From the NCBI GenBank assembly GCA_038087875.1, contig CM075990.1, positions 10,356,001 through 10,420,000 on the forward strand: a stretch of 64,000 bases of DNA, written 5' to 3'. The position numbers were made by a program, and so were the translations under genes. Position 1 is the stretch's first letter; each line of letters begins with the position of its first letter. The DNA comes from Malacoraja senta. Taxonomy: Eukaryota. Under the pieces are notes generated by a model that did not search any database, was not told where the DNA came from, and worked only from the letters and a program-made list of their open reading frames with translations. This document shows positions 1 to 10,497 of the stretch, in pieces.

Positions 1-573
1 AGTCATGATGCATCTCTATAAGGCTTTGGTTTGGTCACATTCGGAGTATTGCATGCAGTTCTGGTTGCCCCATTACATGCAGGATTTGGAGAGGGTGGAG
101 AAGAGGTTTACCAGAATACTGCCTGGATTAGGGGGTATTCACTACAAGGAGCGGTTGGACGAAGCAGGATTGTTTTCTCTAGAATGCTGGAGATTGAGGG
201 GAGACCTGATTGATGCACATCAAATTGTGAGAGACACAGATAAGGTAGACAGTCAGAACATTTTTCTAAGGGTGGAAATGTCAAAGACTAGAGATAATAG
301 CTTAAAGGTAAGAGGGGCAAAGGTTAATGGAGATGTGTGGGGAAAGATTTTTACTCAGATAATGGTTGGGTGCCTGGTACACACTGCCAGGAGGCAAATA
401 CAATAGTGATGCTTTTATTTCTTCTAGATCGGTGCATGGTTATGCAAGGAATGGAGAGATATTGATCACGTGCAGGCTGATGACATTAGTTTCTCTCGGC
501 ATTATGTTCGGTACGGACATTGTGGGCAGAAGGGTCTGTTTCTGTACTGTACTTTTCTATATTTTATGTTCTA
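1..573 (+). mobile_element. CR1-clade LINE 3' fragment (decayed ORF2 C-terminus and 3' UTR)
   Basis: ORF 5..406 reads YKALVWSHSEYCMQFW...LERVEKRFTRILPGL...ERLDEAGLFSLE..RLRGDLI, the CR1 ORF2 C-terminal signature. It ends in a CR1-type (TTCTAT)-like tail near 555-573. Confidence 0.9.
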
Positions 574-2044
574 TCCAGAAGAACTTTCTATAATCCTCAA
601 ATCATGACAGAATATATGTAATGTCTGGATATGTGTTTGATCACTAACACAGCCACGATCTCTGCAACAGCATCTTTCAGGATGTTGTGAACCAGACTAT
701 TACGTCTGAGAATCTGTTGGTTTCAATCTCTTTCTACTTTCATTAGTATTTTCTTGATGTCAAACACTTGGTTTAGTTCTGCTTCTGCCACTTTTATTGT
801 GTTTTCTGCAGCAGACATAAAAATACTTGTTGACAGTTTCAGCGATTCCTTTATTCACCATATTGATTTATTCTCTGATGTCTTGATGGGACCCACATTT
901 GTGTTTGCTACTCTGTTAGGTTTTCACTTCACTGTAGGAGCTTTTGTGTTTTTAAATATTCCTTGCTAAGTTACTACCGGGTTTTCGCTGTTGTTTGCTT
1001 CGTAAAATTCTCCCTATCTTTCAACTTACTGTTCTTTTCAGAACTAATGTAAATCTATTAACCCTTTAGTTGTCCATGAATCCATCACTGCTTGTGTCTT
1101 TATTTGTTAGCTAATTGAAAATTTGCTAAAAATGTGTTGCATACACTTCAAATGTTTGCTGTTGTTTGTCTCCAGGCAAACAATGTCCAATTTCCCAAAT
1201 TACCTTAGCTTGTGTACAACTCATGGCCACTAAATTAGCTTAATTTAAATTCAAGACTTTACTTTCTGACTCAACAGTGTCTCTCAAATTGCACAAAAAA
1301 GATAACGTGATAACATTTCACTAATATTATGAGATTACTAATAAGGATTGCTATTTTTTATAAATTCCTGACTTATTTAATTACCTTGTTTTAAATTCCA
1401 CTGCAGCAATGGTGAGATTTCAATTCTTGACTCTTAATAATGTAATTGAACTGTTCGGCTGTTATACGGCTTATTCTATTAACTTTATGATTAGCTTTTT
1501 GTTTATTTAATTTTCTCTCAACTTGTTGCTATTGGTAGCGGAGGGAGTGCTGTAAATAATAATAACTGGTGATTTTTCTATTATCTCTTATCATTTCCAT
1601 TATTTTTTTGTCCCATTGTCACTTGTCTGCTTTATTTACAGTAAGAGCTGCACCACTGCATCCCATCTATTACCCCATTATCCCAGCTCCAACCCCCATT
1701 ACGACCTTTTGCATTTTGTCAGTCTAAACTAGGACCAATATTAACGATGAGTGAAGTATAACCAGTGACCATCATTGATTAAATTGCTAATGACCAACTT
1801 TGATCAACCATGTCTTTGCAAGGAATTTGAGGTCAACAGCTATGACAGAACTATTGCCCTGCCTCTGTTAGAGTGGGTCTCCATAATAGTTATCAGGTCA
1901 AAATTATTTGTTTCCACATTTACCAAAGTTTGCCCGTTTTATTAGGTACACATGCTTCTTTCAAATGATCCTTTAAATGCATCTCCTACACCTCAATGGA
2001 ACTTTTTCCCATTATCTTCCCTCTTAAACTTCATTAGTTTAAAC

Positions 2045-2206
2045 TAGGGCTGACACACAAAAAAATCACTGTGCCACGGTGTATGTGACAATAAACCTAA
2101 AGCTAAACCTAACCTCAGCTGATTAACGGTTCAAAAAAAATTAACATGTTAGCGATTGTGTTAATCGCACACATTAACTGTGATTAATTGATTGCTCTGA
2201 CCCCTA
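2045..2206. mobile_element. Possible decayed hAT-type MITE with a short inserted LINE tail
   Basis: Starts TAGGGCTG and ends ..ACCCCTA, with internal GATTAA/TTAATCGC motifs. No target duplication recognised. Confidence 0.35.
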
Positions 2207-3074
2207 ATTGTGCAGATCACCAGTTCCCAGCCCAAGTTTTGTGGAACCTATCCCAGAGGAATAGGTTTCTTCTTCCTTCCCCCTCTCAATACCAGCACCA
2301 GTGTCCTATGACTTAAAACCCCTTTCTTTCACACCGCACTTTGACCTGAGCATTTAACTCTCTGACCCATTTAAATCCTTCACAATCTGGTCATGCTTCA
2401 GTGAGCAATACAGAGATTATTACATTTAAAGTCCTTCATTTTATTTTGGCCCTTGTTTCTCAACTCCAATCTACTAAACCTCACCCCTCCATCAATCTAT
2501 GATTTGTCCCCAAGGTGCATTGAAGCAACTTACCTGTAAAACAGTTACATGTGAGATGCATGAGATTCCCACAATTCATTGAAGGAATAGCTTGATACAC
2601 AGTTGTGTTTGGAAATGTGATATGTCATGTGCTGCCTTTCACACTGCACACCTTATTTCAAAATGTCAAAGGTACAAAAAAAAAGAAGAAAGCAGCCAGA
2701 TTTTTTTCTGGCCTGGAGCTGAGAAATAATAATCACCAGCCATTCTGCAAACCACTCTCACCAAGAGAAAATAACCTTTGACTTTGTGACCTTAAAAGGG
2801 AAGGAAATCTTTAGCATTTAAGGATAATGCATTAAAGCCTGCAAATTTGATTGCATGGCATTTTTTTCAACATGGGTGAAAACGTTACTGGGTCATTTTT
2901 CATTTTGACCAGTGATTTCCTGCCTGGAGTCATGGACATGGCTTCCATGTCACGACTGCATTGGAATGACATAATTATTCATGTAAAGTCCCAGTAGAGC
3001 ATTGCAAGGAAATGGGAACATTGTTCTCCCCAGATAACACAAGCCTACAATTTCAACCTGACAGGCCTGTAAGA

Positions 3075-3192
3075 TGTTGTAGGAAAGAACTGCAGAGGCT
3101 GGTTTAATCTAAAGGTAGACACAAAATGCTGGAGTAACTCAGCGGGACAGGCAGCATCTCTGGATGGAAGGAATGGGTGATGTTTTGGGTCG
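3075..3192 (-). mobile_element. Short Penelope pseudo-LTR-derived element
   Basis: Reverse complement matches the 3' terminal region of the Penelope copy at 27230-27329. Flanked by the 11-bp duplication GGCCTGTAAGA (3064-3074, 3193-3203). Confidence 0.85.
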
Positions 3193-3304
3193 GGCCTGTA
3201 AGACAAGTTCTTCCCTAAATCCTTGGCAAAACGTCTATACCGTGCTGTAAAAAAATCCAACAACCCCTTGATTCTACGTGAAACCGATGGCACACATACC
3301 GAGA

Positions 3305-3885
3305 AAAACACAAAATGTTGGAGGAACTCAGCAGGTCAGGTCACATCTATGGAGGGAATGCACAGAGGACATTTCTGAAGAAGCCCCTGACCCGAAATTC
3401 ACCTATCCAATCCCTCCACAGTTAAAGACACAAATGCTGGAGTAGCTCAGCGGGTCAGGCAACATCACTGAAGAAAATGGATCGATGATGTTTCGGGTTG
3501 GGGCTCTCCACATTCCTGACCCATTGAGTTCCTCCATTATTTTAAGATACCAGCATCTGCAGTTCCTGTGTCTCCAGCAAACACATATAGAATTGGAGGT
3601 ACATGAAAATGCTGGAGAAACTTAGCGGCCTGCTCTAGCCATTTAACAAAATAAGAAGAAAGGTATTTATTGTTGTGTCTTGCCTCCAATTTTCCAGATC
3701 AAATTATTTCCCAATTTATAATATGTTGAAGGCGAATCAGTAATTATGAAGATGAAGAGAGTAGATACAAGGAAATACAGATGCTGGTTTACAATACAAA
3801 GACACAAAGTGCTGGAATAATTTGGCAGGTCAGGCAGCATCTCTGGAGAACAGGGAAAATTGACATTTTGGGTCAGGACCTTTGT
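3305..3885. mobile_element. Cluster of short Penelope-derived elements, partly in inverted pairs
   Basis: Repeated variants of GCTGGAGTAACTCAGC..GGCAGCATCTCTGGA and its reverse complement at about 3305-3420, 3425-3575, 3600-3630 and 3770-3885. Confidence 0.75.
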
Positions 3886-3954
3886 TCTGAGCAGGAGAGC
3901 AACAGGAATCACAGAGGGGGAGCAGTGAGAAAGGGTCTCACGTGTGGCAACATA

Positions 3955-4080
3955 GGTGTCAGGGGTTATGGGGAGAAGGCAGGAGAATGGGGTCAGGAGG
4001 GAGAGATAGATCGGCCATAATTGAATGGCGGAGTAGACGATGGGCCAAATGGCCTAATCCTGCTCCTTTCCGTTATGATA
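3955..4080 (+). mobile_element. CR1 LINE 3' UTR fragment
   Basis: AGGGGTTATGGGGAGAAGGCAGGAGAATGG...GGCCAAATGGCCTAATCCTGCTCCT resembles the 3' end of the CR1 at 60320-60440. Confidence 0.75.
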
Positions 4081-4844
4081 CTTGTGTACTACCTGGATGA
4101 GATATGCTGTATGATTTTCTGGGTTACATGTAAAACAAAGTATTTCACTGTACCTAGGTACATGAGACAATAAAGTATCATTGATTGAATTGAATCATAC
4201 CTTGAGAAGATTTATTTGTAAACTGGCATCCGTAGTTCTTTGTATCACCTTTTAACCGCTCCACAGCAAAATCTCCTCAAGGTATGCCCACTTTGAATAA
4301 GTTCTCCCGCTCCCTCTGATATGAGTACTCTGAGACCCTCTCTCACTGCTCCCCTACTGATTCCTAATGCCTGAGCATGTTTTTGTACTCTTGGTTTCAA
4401 TCAAGGGCACATTTTTACAAGTTTTCTCTCAGTACGACTCAGTAATGTTAATAGATAGCAATGAAAGTTTTAAACTTCTTTCCCTTATCAGAACAACATC
4501 TCTTAATCTTTTCCAAGACTGGAAAAAATTAGTATTGTCAATATGGGAACTGGCTTTGACCCAAGATAGAGAGCCAAGCTTTTATTTACATTCACAAGTC
4601 AATATGACTCAACCTACACCTCATGTCATAGGCTGGATATTCCCCACTAACCACAGCTGTTCCAAACAATCTTTTTGTTGTTGTTCATATCATCCTCTTC
4701 CCATGAGATTATTTAACTTTTCTCTGTGACATTTGAACACAGTTTATAATTGTCTTAATGTACTGGATCAAAAGGATAGCAGAATTAAGGCAAAGCATAC
4801 TGCAAATACTCAGTAGGTCAGACAGCATCTTTTAAGAATATGAC

Positions 4845-5142
4845 AAGAAATACAGCATGGAAATAGGCCCTTTGGCCCACCAAGTCTGTGCCGACTAACG
4901 ATCACCCCGTACACTAACACTATCCTACACCTTATGGACAATTTACAATTTTTACCGAAGACAATTAACCTACAAACCTGTACGTCTCTGGAGTGTGGTA
5001 GGAAGCTAGAGTACCCAAAGAAAACCTATGCAGTCACAGGGAGAATGTACAAACTCTGTACAGACAGCACCTGTAGCCAGGATTGAACCCAGGTCTCTTT
5101 GCACTGCAAGAGAGCATCTCTACCGCTGCACCACTGTGCCAC
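4845..5142 (-). mobile_element. tRNA-derived SINE (HE1/V-SINE-like)
   Basis: Reverse complement begins GTGGCACAGTGGTGCAGCGGTAGAGATGCT (A box) then GGTTCAATCC (B box), followed by a V-domain-like core and a CR1-like tail. Confidence 0.85.
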
Positions 5143-5699
5143 AGTGAGGGTGTGCAATGCTCTCTTAGATTTAGTCTGTTGAACAATCTACACACATATA
5201 ATGCTTCCAGGTCCCAAATCTATCTTGTACAGTGTTCAGTTAGATGTTTGGACATTGCATTGGCAGGGCTGCCAACATTGGGTGAGAGCTGAGAGTGAGA
5301 AATTGCGAGGGAGCGTAGCGACCAGGGGGGGGGGGGGAGGGTGTGGGAGGGGGGTGTTCCCCCTCCCACGGTAGTGAGCTTTTGCATTTTTCAGCTTGAA
5401 ATTGTGCAATCTGGTGCATACTGTAGCGAGTCTTTTAACTGCCATTTGAATGCAACATTTATGCTTTAAATTGGATTAGGTATGAATAAGGTTAGGCTAA
5501 ATTACATTCCTAATTACATTCCACAATAGAGCCAGGCTCTGATCAACAGGTGCAGCACATGAATGACTGTATTCATATATGGAAATCAGATTATATTCAT
5601 GCTGTTATGTATACAGTATATATAGAGAAAAACTCAGAGAAACAAAGCAAAAGTCGGACTTCCATCACTGTTCTGCACAAATAAATCAATCAACCTTGT

Positions 5700-5826
5700 T
5701 CAAGAAGGAACTGCAGATGCTGGAGAATCGAAAGTAGACAAAATTGCTGGAGAAACTCAGCGGGTGCGGCAGCATCTATGGAGCGAAGGAAATAGGCAAC
5801 GTTTTGGGCCGAAACCCTTCTTCAGA
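5700..5826 (-). mobile_element. Short Penelope-derived element (same subfamily as the 27.2-kb pLTR)
   Basis: Near-exact reverse complement of 27234-27329 (GAAACCCTTCTTCAGAC, ATAGGCAACGTT, CATCTATGGAGCGAAGG). Confidence 0.85.
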
Positions 5827-5929
5827 CGGTTTCAACCTTACCCTTTGAATATAGAAACAAGACGAAAATAATGCCACATATTCAATCATATATGGTTCAA
5901 TGAAATTAAGATATATATGTAAAAATATA

Positions 5930-6137
5930 TATGGAAACAGGCCCTTCCGCCATCAAGTCCACACCGACCAGCAATCTATCATACGCCAATTCCATCCATC
6001 ACACCAGGGACAATTTACAGAAGCCAATTAACCTACAAACCTGCACTTCTTTCGGATATGGGAGAAACCGGAAAATCCAGAGAAAACCCATGTGGTAGTA
6101 AGGCAGCAACTCTACCACTGCGCCACCGTGCCACCCC
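5930..6137 (-). mobile_element. Internally deleted HE1/V-SINE-like SINE
   Basis: GGAAACAGGCCCTT...CCAATTAACCTACAAACC...CTCTACCACTGCGCCACCGTGCCACCC matches the other SINE copies. Confidence 0.8.
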
Positions 6138-6275
6138 ATTAAATTATTTTTTCTGTAATATATTTATTATGGTGTCACGGGAATAAAGATGAACACATGA
6201 TTCTGATTTCTGCCCTTAGTTGGATAACACACATGTCCAGTCATTGTGTTTTATGGCTGGTTTTCAACCTCTTCA

Positions 6276-6402
6276 GGCTGAAGGTCTCGACTCGAAACAT
6301 CACCCATTCTTTCTCTCCAGAGATGCTGCCTATCCTGCTGAGTTTTTCTAGTTTTTTGTGTCTATCTTCAGTTTAAACCAGCATCTGCAATTCCTTCCTA
6401 CA
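6276..6402 (+). mobile_element. Short Penelope-derived element
   Basis: CTGAAGGTCTCGACTCGAAACATCACCCATTC...GAGATGCTGCC...TTCCTTCCTACAC. Confidence 0.8.
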
Positions 6403-6883
6403 CTATTTGTTAAGCAAAACAGGTCCTATTCTCATTATATAATTTTGTGATCAGCGTGAGAGCATGAGAATTTTGTGAAATGCGTGAGTCTCACGCTCAA
6501 TGCGTGAGAGTTGGCAGCCCTGGTAATAATGCAAACATTTTATGCAAGTTCCAATTGTTTGGACAAAAATCACTTATTACTGCTTTATAACAGTGAAGTT
6601 ACATTAAGACCATTTCAGAAATTATGGCAGTCAACAAAAAATCAACTAACAAATTAAAGCATACTAAAAGAAAATAACATGTTCCCTTTCCTGACTCTAC
6701 CTCATAAGTACTTTAACGCTGTTAACAGAGCAAAGGGATATTAATCTCAAGAATCAAAATGGGGAAAGTGGGGGCAATTTTGCTTAAATGGTCATACTAA
6801 GACCATTCAGATCTGCATAGTCAGAGTTATGCAACATATACATGGCTGGCCCAATTTGTCCATAATGATCAAGTTGGCATTCT

Positions 6884-7056
6884 GCGTGCCCAGGGACTGG
6901 TTGCCGTTCCCAGATCAGCTCGCGTCCCAGGGACTGGCTGCAGTTCTCAGGTCGGCTTGCCTGCCCCGACCCCGTGAAAACGAATTGAAAAGAAAAACGC
7001 GGTTTTTCGGGTTACGGGCCGGATTCGGCCCGTGTGCCGTAGGTTGCCGAACCCTG
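6884..7056 (-). mobile_element. hAT (Charlie-like) MITE end, related to the element at 29070-29424
   Basis: Ends GGCCCGTGTGCCGTAGGTTGCCGAACCCTG, the reverse complement of a CAGGGTTCGGCAACCTACGG TIR. Shares the GGGACTGGCTGCAGTT internal repeats with the 29.1-kb copy. Confidence 0.75.
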
Positions 7057-7384
7057 TCCTAGATGTTTGGCCTCATTTTGGTCCCCCCATGTTTTACAAC
7101 CAATTCACCTGGTTAGTTCTATCTCCGTCTGCTTCATGTTGTCGGCGGCTGCACATCCAACCAAGAAAGAAGAGAAGAGAAGAGATGCGACGTCACTCAC
7201 AGCCGCCAACTGACGCGCTATCCCAGACTGCACAGATCGCTGTGATGTGGCGCAAAAGAGACAAACTGTGCAGGGACTGAAGACAGCGTGAGAATTCTGT
7301 CATCAGCGTGAGCATTGGCTGAATGCGTGACTCTCACGCTCAAAGCGTGAGAGTTGGCAGCCCTGTCTAAGGCCAGGATGTGAC

Positions 7385-7507
7385 AACAGACACACAGGGA
7401 GACACATACACAAAGGAAGACACACACACACAGGAAGACAGACACACACACACAGGGAGACAGACAGACACACACACGGGGAGGCACACAGACACACACA
7501 CGGGGAG

Positions 7508-7541
<34 letters not shown>

Positions 7542-7937
7542 ACACACACACACACAGGGAGACACTCACACAGGGAGACACACAGACACGCACACACACA
7601 CAGGGAGACACACACACAGGGAGACACACAGACACGCACACACACACACACAGGGAGACACACACACACAGGGAGACACACACAAGGAGACACACACAGG
7701 GAGGCACACATACACACACAAGGAGACACACACAGGGAGACAGACACACAAGCACACACACACACACCTTTCCTTCCCCCTCCCTCCATCCTCTCCTTCC
7801 TCCCTCTTGCCCCCATCCTTACCTCTTTCCTCCCCTCCCTCTTTCTCCTTTCCTTCCTTCATCCCCTTTCTACATTCCCTCCCCTTGTCTCTCTTTCCCT
7901 TCATCCCCTTTCTACATTCCCTCCCCTTGTCTCTCTT

Positions 7938-7977
<40 letters not shown>

Positions 7978-7989
7978 CCCTCTCTCTCC
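7385..7989. repeat. Compound micro/minisatellite: (CA)n interspersed with CAGGGAGA units, followed by a CT-rich tract
   Basis: Directly visible. It accounts for the VCVC-, THTH- and ERER-rich spurious ORFs. Confidence 0.95.
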
Positions 7990-8178
7990 TGACTGCCCAA
8001 TGGGGAGTCTGGCGGGCACGGTGTTGCGTGGATTGGCGGCGCTGGCGCTGCCGTGTGAGTTGAAGGGCAGGAGGGAGGGAGGGAGGGAGGGAGGGAGCGA
8101 GGCTGCAGCGGCGGCCGGCAGCGCAGCGCTCACAGCCGGCAAACAGATGCGCTGACACCCGGCGGCTGCACATCCAAC

Positions 8179-8210
8179 CAAAGATACTAGAGGATCCTCT
8201 AGTATCTTTG
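8179..8210. mobile_element. 32-bp perfect palindrome between 8-bp duplications (probable DNA transposon excision footprint, P-element-like)
   Basis: CAAAGATACTAGAGGA|TCCTCTAGTATCTTTG is flanked by CATCCAAC at 8171-8178 and 8211-8218. The paralogous segment at about 7153-7160 has a single CATCCAAC and no insert. Confidence 0.8.
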
Positions 8211-8424
8211 CATCCAACCAAGAGAGAAGAGACGCGACGTCACTCACAGCCGGCAACCGACGCGCTTCCCCAGACTGTGCAGATCCCTGGCATGTGGCGC
8301 AAAGGGACAAACTGCATGGACTGAACTCAGCGTGAGAACTCGGCCATGAGCGTGAGGGCGTGAGAATTTGCTCCAAGGCGTGATTCTCATGCTGAAAGCG
8401 TGAGAGTTGGCAGCCCTGCATTGG

Positions 8425-8650
8425 TGTGTGTGGACAGTATATATCTGGTAACTCTGAAATTCATTGCCACAGACAATGGAGGGCAAGGCAATGGATATTT
8501 TTAAGGTGGAGATTGATGGGTTATTGATTAGTAAGGGAGAAAGCAGGAGAATAGGGTTGAGAGGGAAAGATACATCAGCATGATTGAATGGTGGGTAGAC
8601 TTGATGGGCCGAATGTCCTAATTCTGGTCCTACAACTTATGAACTTATAA
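8425..8650 (+). mobile_element. CR1 LINE 3' fragment
   Basis: TCTGAAATTCATTGCCACAGAC...GGATATTTTTAAGG...GATGGGCCGAATG..CTTATGAACTTAT tail. Confidence 0.75.
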
Positions 8651-8867
8651 TGAGTAACTAGGCTGTCTTCTTAAAAAAATGAGCCCTACAAACAGGAGTG
8701 CACCAAGCATGCATAACAAGTTTTCATAACAAGGGTCTTTCAATAGCTTTTTTACAATTACTGTTTCCATCCAAGATTGTCATTTGACTATACCATGTTC
8801 CTAAATTAAAACAATTCTGATATTCTTTCCTTGTTGGTTGAGGGGAAGGGTCAAATGTAGAATCTTG

Positions 8868-9082
8868 TCAGGAAAGAACTGCAGATGTTGGTTTATACCG
8901 AAGATAAACACAAAATGCTAGAGTAGCCCAGTGGGAGAGGCAGCATCTCTGGATAGAAGGAATGGGTGGTGTTTCGAGTCGAGGCCCTTCTTCAGACTGC
9001 TCATGCATCTCGACCCATTCCTTCTATCCAGAGATGCTGCCTGTCCTGCTGAGTTACTCCAGCATTTTTTGTCTATCTTCGG
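8868..9082. mobile_element. Inverted dimer of Penelope-derived short element
   Basis: The left arm GCAGCATCTCTGGATAGAAGGAATGGGT is mirrored by ACCCATTCCTTCTATCCAGAGATGCTGC in the right arm. Confidence 0.85.
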
Positions 9083-9984
9083 TAGAACCTTACCATCCAG
9101 ATTTAAAAACTCACTTTGATAAAACATATTGATAAATGGCTGGCAAACATTCGTTCATATGACCAACGCAAATAAATAGAGTGCAGATGGAAACTTGCTC
9201 CCACCTTTACCATCTTGAATATTTACCATATTTGTACATTCAAGAGTATTGTAAAGTGTCAAGAACAAAGGCACAGGTGCAAAGACACATTCCATATGCA
9301 CTGGTTGGAGATGCAACCCAATAAGGCAAGTTATGTAAAACCTGGTAAGTATTAGGGGACTGATACATAGATGATTAACTGCAAGAGTCCAAAGAAAGGG
9401 AACTTCTAATCATGCAAATGACTGCGACTGGACGACATGTCTCAGGTAATCGAAATGATGGTCTCAGCTTGGAATGTGTGGATAATTCATTCCTGATGTG
9501 GACATGGATTCTGTGGTCAGTGACTGCTTTGTAAACATTTTATTAGGTTAAAGGTTTTGCTGTGCACAGATATTGCTACACTGGTGGCAGCCACATTGAA
9601 CATACATCCATGATGAAAAAAAATCTTAGATATTCTACCTCTTTCAAGAGGGGTCTTAAAACAACAGGAAATAAATATCACGTTAACACTTTCATCTATT
9701 CCAGTATCTGTAATGTACTCAAGGAACAAGGATAAAATGATCAATGCTATGTAACTGTAAGACAGACAATATAATTCTCCACAGAAATAGGTCAGAAGTG
9801 AGGTAAAGGATAGTTGAGGATTAACACTTTCTAGCCTGAATTGCTTTTGGATGTTGTTGAAAGGAGTTCTTTAAGAAAGAGAGTAGCTTATTCAAGGGAT
9901 AAATATCTTTGTGGATGCTATCTCATTGCAAATGCAACTGCAACATTCTTAAACCTTATCTGGGTACCCAATCTCCCTTGAGAC

Positions 9985-10200
9985 TTCAGTGCAGAACTGA
10001 GAGAATTTGCTTCATTGGAAGTTGTCTCTTTGGTTGAGATGAAAATCTAAAGACTTACCTGGACTATGCACTTGCACTGCAAATATTCAAAGAGAGCCCC
10101 TAAAGTGTTCCCTAAACCAACACAACCACAAAAATCAAATCAACTGGCCATTTGCTTCAATAAGATTTGCTTACAAATAGGTGTAGCATTTCAACAAAAA
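9985..10200 (+). mobile_element. Highly decayed Deu-domain SINE-like fragment (SacSINE1/AmnSINE type)
   Basis: AGTGCAGAACTGAGAGAATTTGCTTCATTGGAAGTTGTCTCTTTGGTTGAGATGAAAA resembles the Deu-SINE body. Recognised by eye only. Confidence 0.4.
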
Positions 10201-10244
10201 AAAATGCATTTTACGCACAGAAATGCTGTTAACCAGCTCATCTG

Positions 10245-10497
10245 TTCACAACTGTATATCCACTTGGGCTCACACCTGTCTCTATCCAACAATCAGCTGA
10301 TCAGGGAATCTCTCTGCCTGAAATCATCTGCTGCCGGCCCTGATTTGTCCTTTTTTAAAAACTTGCTTACGGTTTTTCCCTTTACTCTCCTTATTAAATC
10401 AGTCTGAACAAGGGTCCTGACCCGAAATATCATCTATCCATTTTCTCCAGAGATACTGCCTGACCCGCTGAGTTACTCCAAAGTTTTGTGTCTATCA
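10245..10497 (+). mobile_element. Penelope pLTR-derived fragment
   Basis: Ends TCAGTCTGAACAAGGGTCCTGACCCGAAAT...GCTGAGTTACTCC..TTTTGTGTCTATC. Confidence 0.75.

Larger units (their letters stand above)
5264..8418. mobile_element. Composite non-autonomous DNA transposon (TIR CAGGGCTGCCAAC, 6-bp target duplication CATTGG)
   Basis: Left TIR CAGGGCTGCCAAC at 5264. Right TIR GTTGGCAGCCCTG ends at 6522, 7365 and 8418. CATTGG lies at 5258-5263 and 8419-8424. Subterminal GCGTGAGA repeats are present. No transposase ORF. Confidence 0.8.

Noticed and set aside
600..1400. Possible very old reverse-strand CR1 segment (a similar impression at about 48950-49400)
   Set aside because: Too decayed to support with specific motifs by eye; a profile search is needed.
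7385..7767. Regularly recurring CAGGGAGA units resembling a repeat-spacer (CRISPR-like) array
   Set aside because: The intervening sequences are only variable-length (CA)n, not unique spacers. There are no cas genes and the context is a vertebrate genome.
7218..8421. Several long ORFs (up to 227 aa) rich in VC, TH, ER or LS dipeptides
   Set aside because: They are read-through of the (CA)n/CAGGGAGA and (CT)n repeats in all frames and have no protein-like complexity.
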